Shown one piece after another: positions 39,792 through 50,200 of a DNA stretch of 64,000 bases. The stretch comes from Bacteroidetes bacterium GWB2_32_14. GTDB taxonomy: Bacteria; Bacteroidota; Bacteroidia; Bacteroidales; UBA12077. The notes beneath the pieces were generated by a model. It had not been told where the DNA came from and did no database searches. It was given only the letters and a program-made list of their open reading frames with translations. The first letter of the stretch is position 1. The number at the start of each line of letters is the position of its first letter. Location of the stretch: positions 306,057-370,056 of the forward strand of contig MENK01000001.1 of NCBI GenBank assembly GCA_001768235.1, given 5' to 3'. The position numbers and the translations under genes are program-made.

Positions 39792-39896
39792 ATGAAACCA
39801 GAAGAACCCATTGTACATGATTTCTTGATATTTATTAACTTTAAACTTTATAACGGGGAGAAAACCCTGCTGTTTCATACTGCGAAACCGTTATAA
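39792..39896 (+). CDS. Candidate 34-aa small ORF in the 313-bp gap (very uncertain)
   Basis: My own translation: MKPEEPIVHDFLIFINFKLYNGEKTLLFHTAKPL. It is the only intergenic sORF longer than 20 aa that I found. FINFKLYNGE resembles NINIQLYNGD of the docking domain at 62316. Its stop codon lies inside the right arm of the hairpin at 39849..39895. It may be a chance ORF in AT-rich DNA or a gene remnant. Confidence 0.15.
   Translation: MKPEEPIVHDFLIFINFKLYNGEKTLLFHTAKPL
39849..39895 (+). terminator. Structured element: 8-bp outer stem enclosing short inner hairpins, followed by a T-rich tract
   Basis: TATAACGG (39849..39856) pairs with CCGTTATA (39888..39895). Inside are GGG-AGAAAA-CCC and GTTTC-ATACTGC-GAAAC. 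The downstream sequence is ATTTTATTAATATTTTTT. A weaker hairpin, TGGGC-TGATT-GCCCA, lies at 39778..39792. Confidence 0.3.
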
Positions 39897-40069
39897 TTTT
39901 ATTAATATTTTTTGAGTAGTTAATAATGATTACTCGATTCAAAACCCGACTTTCAGTTTTTTTAATCAAAAGTAATTTTAATTAAAGTAATCTTTCAACC
40001 AGTATGGAGTCTTACATTATTTTGGCAAACATCAATTTGAACAATCGTTAACAATTAATTTTTTGCGTT

Positions 40070-41239
40070 ATGATAAAATACTATAGTATTCCGGCAGATT
40101 TTTCCAAAAATACAATTGATAGCTTAGCATTATTGAATTCTAAATATTCTACATCCCAGGTTATTGAAACATACGGAAACATTACAGTTGACAATATATT
40201 TGGATCGGGCAGATCGTGTTGTCAATTGCCAGGTTTAGATATTGATTCTTTAAAAAAATATGTAGAATATTCAAGAAACAAAGGAATAGAGTTTAATTAC
40301 ACGTTTAATGCTTCATTCGTTCAAAATCAGGAGTTTACTAAAAAAGGAGTATATAAAATAAAAGAATTCATTTATAAAATACACAAAACAGGAATAAAAT
40401 CATTAACTATAGCTTTACCTCAGCTTATCGAACTTGTTAACTCAATGCAATTGGGATTTAAAATTAAAGCTTCAGCTATTTCAAGCATCGATAATGTTAA
40501 CAAAGCACTTGCATATAAATGGCTTAATGTAGATAAAATTGTAATTTGTGAGTTAATAAACAGGGATTTTCATGAATTAAGAAATATTCGTGAAGCCTTT
40601 GGTGAAAAGGTTGAGCTTATAGTTAATACACCATGTTATAAAGATTGTTCATATAGAATGCCTCATTATAATCAAATATCATGCGATTCTGTTAATGTCA
40701 CGAATGATGTGAGTTTTACTTATTTTGAACATAAGTGCATGATACGCCGATATAGTGATATTGCTAATTGGATGAAAATTAACTTTATACGCCCCGAAGA
40801 TATTAAACTTTATGAGAAAATAGGAATACAACATTTTAAACTTCAGGGCAGACAAGCAATTCTTAAAGATGGAGATATTGTAAGAACTGTTGAAGCATAT
40901 TTTCAAGAAAATTTTGATGGCAATCTCATTGATTTGATAAATCTTTTTTCAAAGTTAAATCCATTCCATGTAAATATCGATAATAAAAAATTGGAGGGTT
41001 TTATTGAACCATTTTTTAAAAATCAATCCTTTTGTAAACATAATTGCAATAAATGCAATTATTGCCGAAATTTTATATTAAAAAACCTTGATGTTGAAAG
41101 TATTCAAACTGTATGCGATATGGCACAACAGTATTATCAAAATGTTAAAACTTATGCAGATTTTATTTCAGAAGTTAATGTTTCCGATGCTCAAAGAATT
41201 TCTGTTAATAATATCGATGCTGAAGATTTTAAGTTCTAA
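40070..41239 (+). CDS. Peptidase-U32-like protein with extra Cys clusters, copy 2 (paralog of 20112..21296)
   Basis: It aligns with copy 1 throughout: IPADFSKNTID..VIETYGNIT, KSLTIALPQLIELV, FKIKASAISSI, VELIVNTPCYKDC..HKC, FKLQGRQA, CKHNCNKCNYC (41033..41065). Ends in ..AEDFKF. Confidence 0.5.
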   Translation: MIKYYSIPADFSKNTIDSLALLNSKYSTSQVIETYGNITVDNIFGSGRSCCQLPGLDIDSLKKYVEYSRNKGIEFNYTFNASFVQNQEFTKKGVYKIKEFIYKIHKTGIKSLTIALPQLIELVNSMQLGFKIKASAISSIDNVNKALAYKWLNVDKIVICELINRDFHELRNIREAFGEKVELIVNTPCYKDCSYRMPHYNQISCDSVNVTNDVSFTYFEHKCMIRRYSDIANWMKINFIRPEDIKLYEKIGIQHFKLQGRQAILKDGDIVRTVEAYFQENFDGNLIDLINLFSKLNPFHVNIDNKKLEGFIEPFFKNQSFCKHNCNKCNYCRNFILKNLDVESIQTVCDMAQQYYQNVKTYADFISEVNVSDAQRISVNNIDAEDFKF

Positions 41240-41251
41240 TTTATAAAAGGT

Positions 41252-43393
41252 ATGTCCACCAATTTTAAATCAAACAATCAGTATAAAATAAAATGGAATG
41301 CAAGCGCCATTTTTTATGAACTTGTTGCCGACAATAATAATGAATTGCTCTTTCCAATAATCAACAGGTTGCATTTTCAGTTAAACAAATACCTTTTTTA
41401 CTACGAAAACAGTTTTTTGGATGCATTTGAGATTCAGTCGAACGAATGGCCAAATTATATAGGACTACAAGCAATTAGAAAAAATAAAGTTATAGTTAAT
41501 AGGGATTTATTTAGCTTATTGTTGCTTTTTAATGGTCAGAATAGTATTGAAACAATTTATAAAAACTTTTCGAAAAAGATAATTGAAATAATGATTATTG
41601 ACCAGGGTGAATGTAAAAAATACAAAACAACTACAAATTCCTTTTCGGGTTTTTTGCGAATTATTAAATTACTTTACAAAAACGATATTTTAAAATTAAA
41701 ATCATTAATTATAAATTCTGAGAATAGTTCAAAAGAATTAATCCAAAATTACTTCAATATTGATGAAATACTTGCAAGAAAAGAGACGCAGGCAATTGTT
41801 AAGGAGCGTATCTGCAAAGTGCCTTGTGATAATACAAATAAAGTATTACTCCTGGGCGATACTAAAGGTTCTGCAACTATAGGATTACTATATCTGGCAA
41901 GTTACATAAAGCAAAATGGTATAAATGTGAGTTGCCGGTTAAATAACTTTTCGTCGAAAGAAACATTAGAACAGGATATTAAAAATAGTATTAATAAGTT
42001 GAACCCAACTATTGTAGGGATCAGTTTAAAGTGGTTTTTACATATAGCCAGAGTGTTAGAAATAGCAAAATATATTAAAGATATTGATAAAAATATAAAA
42101 GTAGTATTAGGAGGAAATACAGCAAGTTATTATTGGAATGAAATTATTCAAAATGAAAATATAGATTATATCATATTGGGTGATGGAGAAGAACCTTTAT
42201 TAAAGTTATGTAAAAATGATACAGAAATTCCAAATTTAGTATCTAAACAGAATAATGCGGTTTTAAACACCCAAATATCATATAGACAAGGTAAAAACAA
42301 TAATAACCATATATTTCTTTCAGATCTCAATGATATTTTTATTTCACGAAAAGACCCCTACTTATCAGATTATTTATACGTAAATACTGGTAAAGGATGT
42401 GATTGGAATTGCTTTTATTGTGCAGGTTGCAGGGAAACACAGATCGTAATATTTAATAGAAGCAATGCTTTTGTCAGAGATATAAATACAATTCGAAATG
42501 ATATTCAAATATTCAAGAAAATAAATAGTACACTGATGTTCGATTTTGATATTCCCACTCAAGATGATGTGGAATTTTATAAGAATATTTGGAAGGGAAT
42601 AGATTTGTCAAGGTATTTTTGTATTTTTTTCTTTTGGGCAGTTCCATCAGATGAACTTGTTGATTTAATTCATCAGACTTTTTTCTACAGCTATCTATAT
42701 ATAGATTTACCGAGTTTTGACCAAGAGAAAAGAATGAGACTTGAAAAAGAAGGATTGACTAAAAATCAACCAACGAATGAAGAAATTATCCATTTTTGTG
42801 ATAAGTGCGAAGAATTAGAGAACATTTCTTTTGGAATTTGTACCATTTGGGGAACCCCGTATTTTTCTATTAAAGAAGCTTCTTCTTCAGAAGAAATAGT
42901 TTCAAACCTGTATAAGAATTACAATTCTTTCATAGGAGTGGAATGTATGAAATTACATGCTCAACCTGGTGCACCTATATTGCGACAGCTTGATAGGTTT
43001 GAAATGTATTCTGATGCAGATAACTATCAGCAATTTTACAATTTTAGTGTGCTAAATCATAAATTAGATAAAGAACAAAAGGATATTTACCCGTATATAA
43101 ATTTTAAAGACTCATTATTACAAAAACAGGTAAATTATTCATTACAAGATATTTCAAATAAAATTCTAAAGTCAATCGAAAATAAAAAATATCTCGATGT
43201 AATAATTGAATCCAATAAGGAAGAAATAGAAAAACTCTACAATAAGGGTATCATTAAAGGAAAAGCTGATAATATTTCTGCAGACAGTTTCAATTCTGTA
43301 GAAGATATAAAGCAAAATAATATGCTGCATGGTTTTGAAAATGACTTGTTTTTTAAATATATCATACAGAAACTTAACGGGCAAATACTCTAA
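41252..43393 (+). CDS. Cobalamin-binding-domain radical SAM enzyme with ~190-aa N-terminal extension (PqqD/RRE-like)
   Basis: B12-domain pattern: KVLLLGDTKGSATIGLLYLASYIKQNGINV, IVGISLKW, KVVLGGNTASYY, GDGEEPLLKL. Radical SAM motif CDWNCFYC (42398..42421). The N-terminal VNRDLFSLLLLFNGQNSIETIYKNFSKK..FLRIIKLLYKNDILKL resembles PqqD-family peptide-binding domains. No DFxF-type tail (ends ..LNGQIL). Confidence 0.8.
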   Translation: MSTNFKSNNQYKIKWNASAIFYELVADNNNELLFPIINRLHFQLNKYLFYYENSFLDAFEIQSNEWPNYIGLQAIRKNKVIVNRDLFSLLLLFNGQNSIETIYKNFSKKIIEIMIIDQGECKKYKTTTNSFSGFLRIIKLLYKNDILKLKSLIINSENSSKELIQNYFNIDEILARKETQAIVKERICKVPCDNTNKVLLLGDTKGSATIGLLYLASYIKQNGINVSCRLNNFSSKETLEQDIKNSINKLNPTIVGISLKWFLHIARVLEIAKYIKDIDKNIKVVLGGNTASYYWNEIIQNENIDYIILGDGEEPLLKLCKNDTEIPNLVSKQNNAVLNTQISYRQGKNNNNHIFLSDLNDIFISRKDPYLSDYLYVNTGKGCDWNCFYCAGCRETQIVIFNRSNAFVRDINTIRNDIQIFKKINSTLMFDFDIPTQDDVEFYKNIWKGIDLSRYFCIFFFWAVPSDELVDLIHQTFFYSYLYIDLPSFDQEKRMRLEKEGLTKNQPTNEEIIHFCDKCEELENISFGICTIWGTPYFSIKEASSSEEIVSNLYKNYNSFIGVECMKLHAQPGAPILRQLDRFEMYSDADNYQQFYNFSVLNHKLDKEQKDIYPYINFKDSLLQKQVNYSLQDISNKILKSIENKKYLDVIIESNKEEIEKLYNKGIIKGKADNISADSFNSVEDIKQNNMLHGFENDLFFKYIIQKLNGQIL

Positions 43394-43513
43394 TAACCTT
43401 AAATAAAGCAAATAATAAAAGTAACAGATTCTATTTATAACCAATCCGTAATGGATTTAGAATGTCAAAATCAATATAAAATTTAATTTAAAAGAGTTTA
43501 AAAATTAGATAAA

Positions 43514-44280
43514 ATGGACTATAATAATGAACAGGATTATTGGCTGGAAAAATTATCAGATACTACTGAAAGATGCAGTTTTCCTTACAATTATCTAACA
43601 AGTAATATTAAAAAAGAACTTTTGTCATTTAACATTGATTTGCCTGCAGATGTTACAAACAAGTTATTGCAAATAAGTGGCGATTCTGATTTTCGATTAT
43701 TTATACTTTTAAAAGCAGGATTATTTTTACTTCTTAACAAATACACGGGGAAGAAAAATATTATTATTGGCAGTCCTATAATGAAGCAGGAAACCGATAC
43801 AAATTTTATTAACACATATTTACCTGTAAAACTATATTTAGATGAAAACCATAGTTTTATAGAGTATTTAAATAATGTAAAAAACGAACTTATTCTTGCT
43901 ATTGATAATCAGAATTTTCCAATAGACACTATTCCCGAGTATCTCGGATTATCTAATCAAATAAAAAACCAAACATTTTTTGATATCGCTGTTTTACTGG
44001 AAGAACTTCAAGATAAAAAATATATAGAACACTTAAAGCTAGACATGATTTTCCGTTTCTCGAAAAAGAATGAAGGAATAAATTTAACTGTTGACTATAA
44101 TGGGAATTTATATAAAAAACAAACAATAGAAAGAATTATATCACATTTATCAATATTACTGGGTAATGCACTTGAAAACAAGAATAGTTTGATTGGTGCA
44201 ATTGAGTGGTATAAACCAGAAGAAAAAGAAAAGGTACTTTATCATTTTAATCAAACCGATAAGAATTATAACCTTGATAA
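43514..44280 (+). other. N-terminal half condensation domain (C*)
   Basis: EQDYWLEKLSD..FPYNY, RLFILLKAGLFLLLNKYTG, IIIGSPIMKQETDTNFIN, QNFPIDTI, FFDIAVLLEE, LTVDYNGNLYKKQTIERI. There is no HHxxxDG before the A domain starts (VLDIFKQACNINPDQ). Confidence 0.6.
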
Positions 44281-47200
44281 TACTGTTCTTGATATTTTTA
44301 AACAAGCATGTAATATCAATCCAGATCAGATTATTGTAAGTTGCGATGATAAATCATTGTCGTACAGGATGTTGGATTTTATGTCCGATCAATTTGCAGG
44401 ATATCTTCAATCAAAAGGTGTGATAAAAGGCGATTTGGTAATTATCAAAGAAAAACCATCTATTGACTTTATAGTTAAGTTGTTGGGAATAGTGAAGTCT
44501 GGAGGAGTTTATATCCCGGTTGATACACAAGCTCCAAATGAACGATTAAAATCGATTATAATAGACTGTAGGGCCAGGTATTTTGTTACTGATGAAAGTA
44601 ATTCTGAAATTTCAGAATTACTTGAAGAGAACGATGTTAATATTATTAATTGCATTGGATCTATGTTGGAATTTGAGTTTAAGCCTGTTTCAATTACCTC
44701 CGAAGATATCATTTACATAATATACACATCAGGATCGACAGGTAAACCAAAGGGTGTAAAAATTTCTCATCGCGGAATATCGAATATGTGTTTTTCTTAT
44801 GTCGATATATTTAAAACCAACTTTAAATCTACAGCCTCCGTTGTTTCTAATCCTGCATTTGATGCAATGGCATTTGAACTTTGGCCCAATTTAACAAACG
44901 GAGTAAAAACATGTGTTGCTCCAGAGAATATAATTCATGATATTAAAATATTGGTTAATTGGATCAATACGAAGAACATTACAACTCTTTACCTTCCAAC
45001 TTCAGTTGCCGAAATTATAATGAATTACAAAACCACAATGCCATCCGTTCAAACTTTGGCAACTGCAGGCGATGTATTAAAGGAATATCCCGGTAACAAT
45101 ATTAATTATGAAGTTTATAACCTATATGGTCCTACCGAAGACTCGGTGTGGACAACCATTTATAAAGTACCTAAAGACAATATTGAAAATCAGTTTCCAT
45201 TAATTGGGAAACCCTTGTTTAATAAAAAAATTTTTATTGTAAATAACGATTGTCAATTATTACCCTGCGGAATACCTGGCGAAATGTGGATTGGCGGGGC
45301 TGGTATAGCTAAAGGATATGTTGGAAATAATAATGAAGAGAAATTTATTGAAACCCCATTTAGTTCAACCGGAATTGTTTATAAAACAGGAGATTTAGCA
45401 TGTTGGCATGATGATGGAAATATTGAGTTTATTGGGCGCAAAGATAATCAAACAAAAATTAGAGGTTTCAGAATAGAACTTGATGAAATTCGTGTATGGC
45501 TTTTAAAATACCCAGAGATAAATGAAGCAGTTGTAATTATTAAAGAAGTGGGGCATGAAAAATATTTGTGTTCCTATTATACATCATTAAAAAATATAGA
45601 TTTAGATGAACTTAAAACACATTTAAAGAAGTATTTGCCCTATTATATGATTCCTAATTACTTTATTAAAGTAGATAAGTTTAATCTTAATAGAAGTGGA
45701 AAAATAGATAAAAATGTATTACCAGCACCTTCAAACATATTAATTGATATTGTAAAACCCCAAAATGATAATGAACAAAAGCTATTTGACATTTGGGCCG
45801 AACTTTTGGGAACTAATGATTTTGGAATTGATCATAATTTCTTCGAGATTGGTGGACACAGTCTGAGGGCAATAAATTTAATTTCTCTTATAGAAGACAA
45901 ATTTATGGTCAAATTTCAGTTTAGAAAAATATTTGAATTTCCAACAATTCGAGAACAAGCTAAGTTTATTGAAACCATAGATACAGAAAAACAACATGAA
46001 ATACTACCTGTTGAAAAAAAACAATTCTACCCGGTTTCTTCTTCACAAAACAGATTGTTCTTGCTTCATCAAATGGAGCCAACAGCAGTAGCATATAATG
46101 TCTTAAATTATATTGAATTGACAGACAAGGTTGATGTTAATGTTTTAAAGAATGTATTTAATATAATTGTTGATCGCCATGAAGCATTTCGAACAAGTTT
46201 TTCGATAATTGACGGACTCCTTTATCAACGAATTCAGGATAACGTAAATTTTGAAATTGAAAAATACCTGGTGAAGAATGGACACGAAAATGAAATGACA
46301 AAGAAATTTACCAGGCCATTTGATTTAGAGAAAGCTCCTTTATTTCGAATAGGTTATTTTGAAACTGAAAAAAATCATCAATTTCTGTTAATTGATATGC
46401 ATCATATTATATGCGATGCAGTTACTCAGAAAAATATTGAGGTTGAGATAAAAGAAATTATTCAGGAAAAAACTTTAAAACCACTACGCATTCAATATAA
46501 AGATTATTCATTATGGCAAAATAGCGAGGGCTACCAGAAGAAAGTAGAAAAACAAAAATTATTTTGGAAAAATAACTTTAAGGGTGAATTACCCAAAGTA
46601 AACCTTCCTATAGATTTTCCACGCCCCAAATTTAATAGTTTCGATGGTGCAGTTGTTTCTTTTACACTTTCTCATGAAGAAACTCAAATAATCAGGTCTT
46701 TGACTGAAAAGTATAAATCTACTATGTTCATGACAATTTTGGGTGTATATAATATATTTTTGTCAAAACTTTCAGGAGATAATCAAATAATTGTGGGTAC
46801 TCCAATAGCCGGGAGAAACCATAAGGATTTAGGCAATATTAGCGGGATGTTTATCAATACGCTTGCTATTAAATCAGATATTTATTTAGATACAAAAATC
46901 GGAGAGTTCTTTTTAGCAACAAAAGAAAACGTAATCAATGTATTTGAGAATCAGGAGTATCAATTTGACGATTTGGTTGGAGAGTTATCATTATCTCGAG
47001 ATACAAGCCGAAATCCAGTTTTTGATGTTATGTTTAATATGCTTAATCATTTAGATTATAAAGATGATGAGCCGGATTTTGAAACTGAACAATCTTTAAA
47101 TCACGATCAAAGGCCATCGAAATTTGATTTAAATCTTACAGCTATCGATTATGGAAATACAGTTTATTTCAATTTTGTTTATGCTACTTTATTATTCAAA

Positions 47201-50200
47201 CCAGAATCGATCGATCGATTTATCATATTTTTTAAACAAATCATCAATCAGTTAAATGGAAGTGATGATAAAAAAATATCCGATATTGATATTGTTGTTG
47301 AATCTGAAAAGAGAAAAATTCTTGACGAATTTAATAATACAAAATCTGATTATCCAAATTTAACAATTCCTCAGTTATTTTATGAGCAGGTAAAGATTTC
47401 TAAAAACAAAATAGCTGTAGTCGATTCAGACAATAGTATTACATTCAGTGAATTAGACAAAAAATCGAACCAAATTGCCAATATGTTACATCACCTTGGT
47501 GTGAATAAAGGCGATATTATTGCTATTATGCTCCCTGCATCAGTTGATTTAACGATATATATTTGGGGTATTATTAAATCTGGGGGAGTATTCCTGCCTA
47601 TTGATATTGATACACCCGTTAATCGGCTAGATTATATTTTATCTGATTCGAACGCGAAATTTTTAGTCTCCGACTATCAATATACATCCAATCTAACGGG
47701 TACAAACATCATAAATGTAAATGATTCAAATTATAACGAATATGAGTCTTCTGATATTTACCCGAATATTACAAACAGCGACATTTTATATGTTATCTAT
47801 ACATCAGGAACTACAGGGCAGCCTAAAGGAATTAAAATAACACACAAAAATTTAAGTAACTATTATCATTGGGTATCCCAAAAAACAGAAGTATCAAATA
47901 ACGATCATATATTAATTAATAATGTATTCTCTTTTGATTTGGTTTATACCCAATTCTTTAGTGCATTATTAGGTGGTGCTAAATTGTTTTTAATCAATAA
48001 AAATGAGTACTTATCTGGAGATTATTTTACGAGATATACCGAAAAACAACTTATAACATGTCTAAAAATGACACCATCCTTGTTTTCGGCTATTATTCAT
48101 TCAAAGGAATTCAACAATAAAACATTCTATAGTGTCCGGTCTGTCATTTTGGGCGGCGAGGCTCTCAAGATTGAAGATGTTAAATATGTTTATAACATGT
48201 ATCCAGACATTCAATTCATAGATGAATACGGACCAACAGAAACAACAATAGGGTCTGTCGCTAAAATCATTGATTTTAATGATTACCAACATATTAAAAC
48301 AAGTACCATTATTGGAAAACCAATTTTTAATACCCAGGTTTATGTATTAAATGTTAATGGTATTAAACTTCAGCCTTTTGGAATTCCAGGGGAATTATGT
48401 ATTGGTGGGGAAGGTGTTTCAAAAGGATACATTAATAATCAAGAATTAACAAAATCAAAATTTATTGACAATCCATTTATTCTAGGTGAAACTATTTATC
48501 GAACGGGTGATTTAGTTCGTTACCTTCCTAATGGTAATTTAGAATATATTGGAAGAATTGATAATCAGGTGAAAATTAGAGGGTATAGGATTGAATTACA
48601 TGAAGTTGAAAAAGTAATACTATCGCATGAACATATAAAAGATTGTATAGTTTCTGTATTCAATGCCAATCAAAATAACGACAATATACTCTGTGCATAT
48701 ATCGTATATAAAAATCGGGGTACAAGATTAACTGATAATGAAATAAAAGAATATCTTTCTTTGTACCTTCCCAATTACATGGTTCCGGTATTATTTATAG
48801 AAATTGATAAAAAACCACTTACTTTAAATGGGAAGGTAGATAAAAATGCTTTACCCATTCCGGATATAAATACGGAAATGGATTTTGTGGCTCCAATTAA
48901 TCAAATTGAAAAGAAACTGGCAGAAATATGGGCAGATGTGCTGGCAATATCAAAAAACCAGATAGGTTGCAAACAAGACTTTTTCAGACTTGGAGGTCAG
49001 TCGTTCAAAGCATCACAATTAACATATACAATCTCAAAAGTATTTAATGTAAAATTTAATTTAAGAGATATTTTCTTTCATCCAACGATAGAAGCGCAGG
49101 CTAAATTAATTAGTGAAGCAGCACCTATTCTTTCTTTAAATATTATTGCTCCTGCTAAAATAAAAGAATTTTACGATTTAGCTCCTGCGCAAAACCGTAT
49201 GTTTTTTCTTCAACAAATTAACCCGAAAAGTACAGTGTATAATTTGCAGTACACTATAAAACTTGATGAAAAATTTGCAATACATTCAATTGAAGAAGTA
49301 TTCAAACAGCTGGTCAGCAGGCACGAAAGTTTACGAACTAGTTTTCAATTAATCAATGGAGTTCCCAAACAAATTATACATAATTCTGTTGATTTTAATA
49401 TCGAAAGTATTGATTTAAGGAATAATGCAGGTTATCCTGTAATGAAACCTTTTGATCTGTCAAAAACCCCTTTATTTAGATTATATTATATAACAGATTT
49501 ATCTGGAGAATTAAACTTGTTAGTTGATTCTCATCATATTATTAGTGATGAAGTATCTCAGAAGATACTATTTGAAGAATTTCATGAAATTATTGCAAAT
49601 AAGGTTTTGAATCCTGTTACAATTCAATACAAAGATTATTCTGAATGGTTAAAACAGCCTGATCAGGAAATAATTGTAAGAGAGCAAGAAAAATATTGGT
49701 TAGGTAAGCTTTCTGGTGATTTACCCAGGTTAAATCTACCTACAGATTATTCTCGTCCCGAGATTCAAAATTTTGAAGGGGCCAGTACAAATTTCTTACT
49801 TAATAATAACGAACTGAGTATTATTAATCAGTTATCGAAATCATTAGGATTAACACCCTATATGTCATTGCTGGGGATATACTCCATTTTACTCTCGAAA
49901 CTTAGTGGTAGTGAAGATATGATTATTGGAACTCCTTTCGCCAATAGAAATGATTTACATTTACAAAAAATAGTTGGATTACTTCTAAATACTATTGTAT
50001 TAAGAATTCAACCTTCAGGTGATAAAATTCTATTAGATTATTTCTCCGAAATAAAGAAAAACGTGATAGAAGATTTGGAGAACCAGGGATATCCTTTTAG
50101 TGATTTGGTAAATAAATTATCTTTTCAAAGAGATGCATCAAGAAACCCTATTTTTGATGTTATGTTTAATTATGTCGATAATTCAGATGTTGTTATAAAT

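Noticed and set aside
39757-40069. Possible cobalamin riboswitch in the large gap next to B12-dependent rSAM genes.
   Set aside because: I could not find anything resembling the conserved B12-box or the multi-helix core. The structure visible is a simple stem with small inner hairpins plus a T-tract. A covariance-model search (Rfam) would settle it.
38062-43393. Reading the rSAM / RRE-like / sORF region as an independent RiPP cluster nested in the NRPS cluster.
   Set aside because: The only candidate precursor is a weakly supported 34-aa sORF, and no protease or transporter typical of RiPP loci is present. The rSAM genes are duplicated at NRPS junctions and share tails with NRPS proteins, which favours a role in the assembly line. 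The idea is kept as a low-probability alternative in the finding on the 39757..40069 gap.
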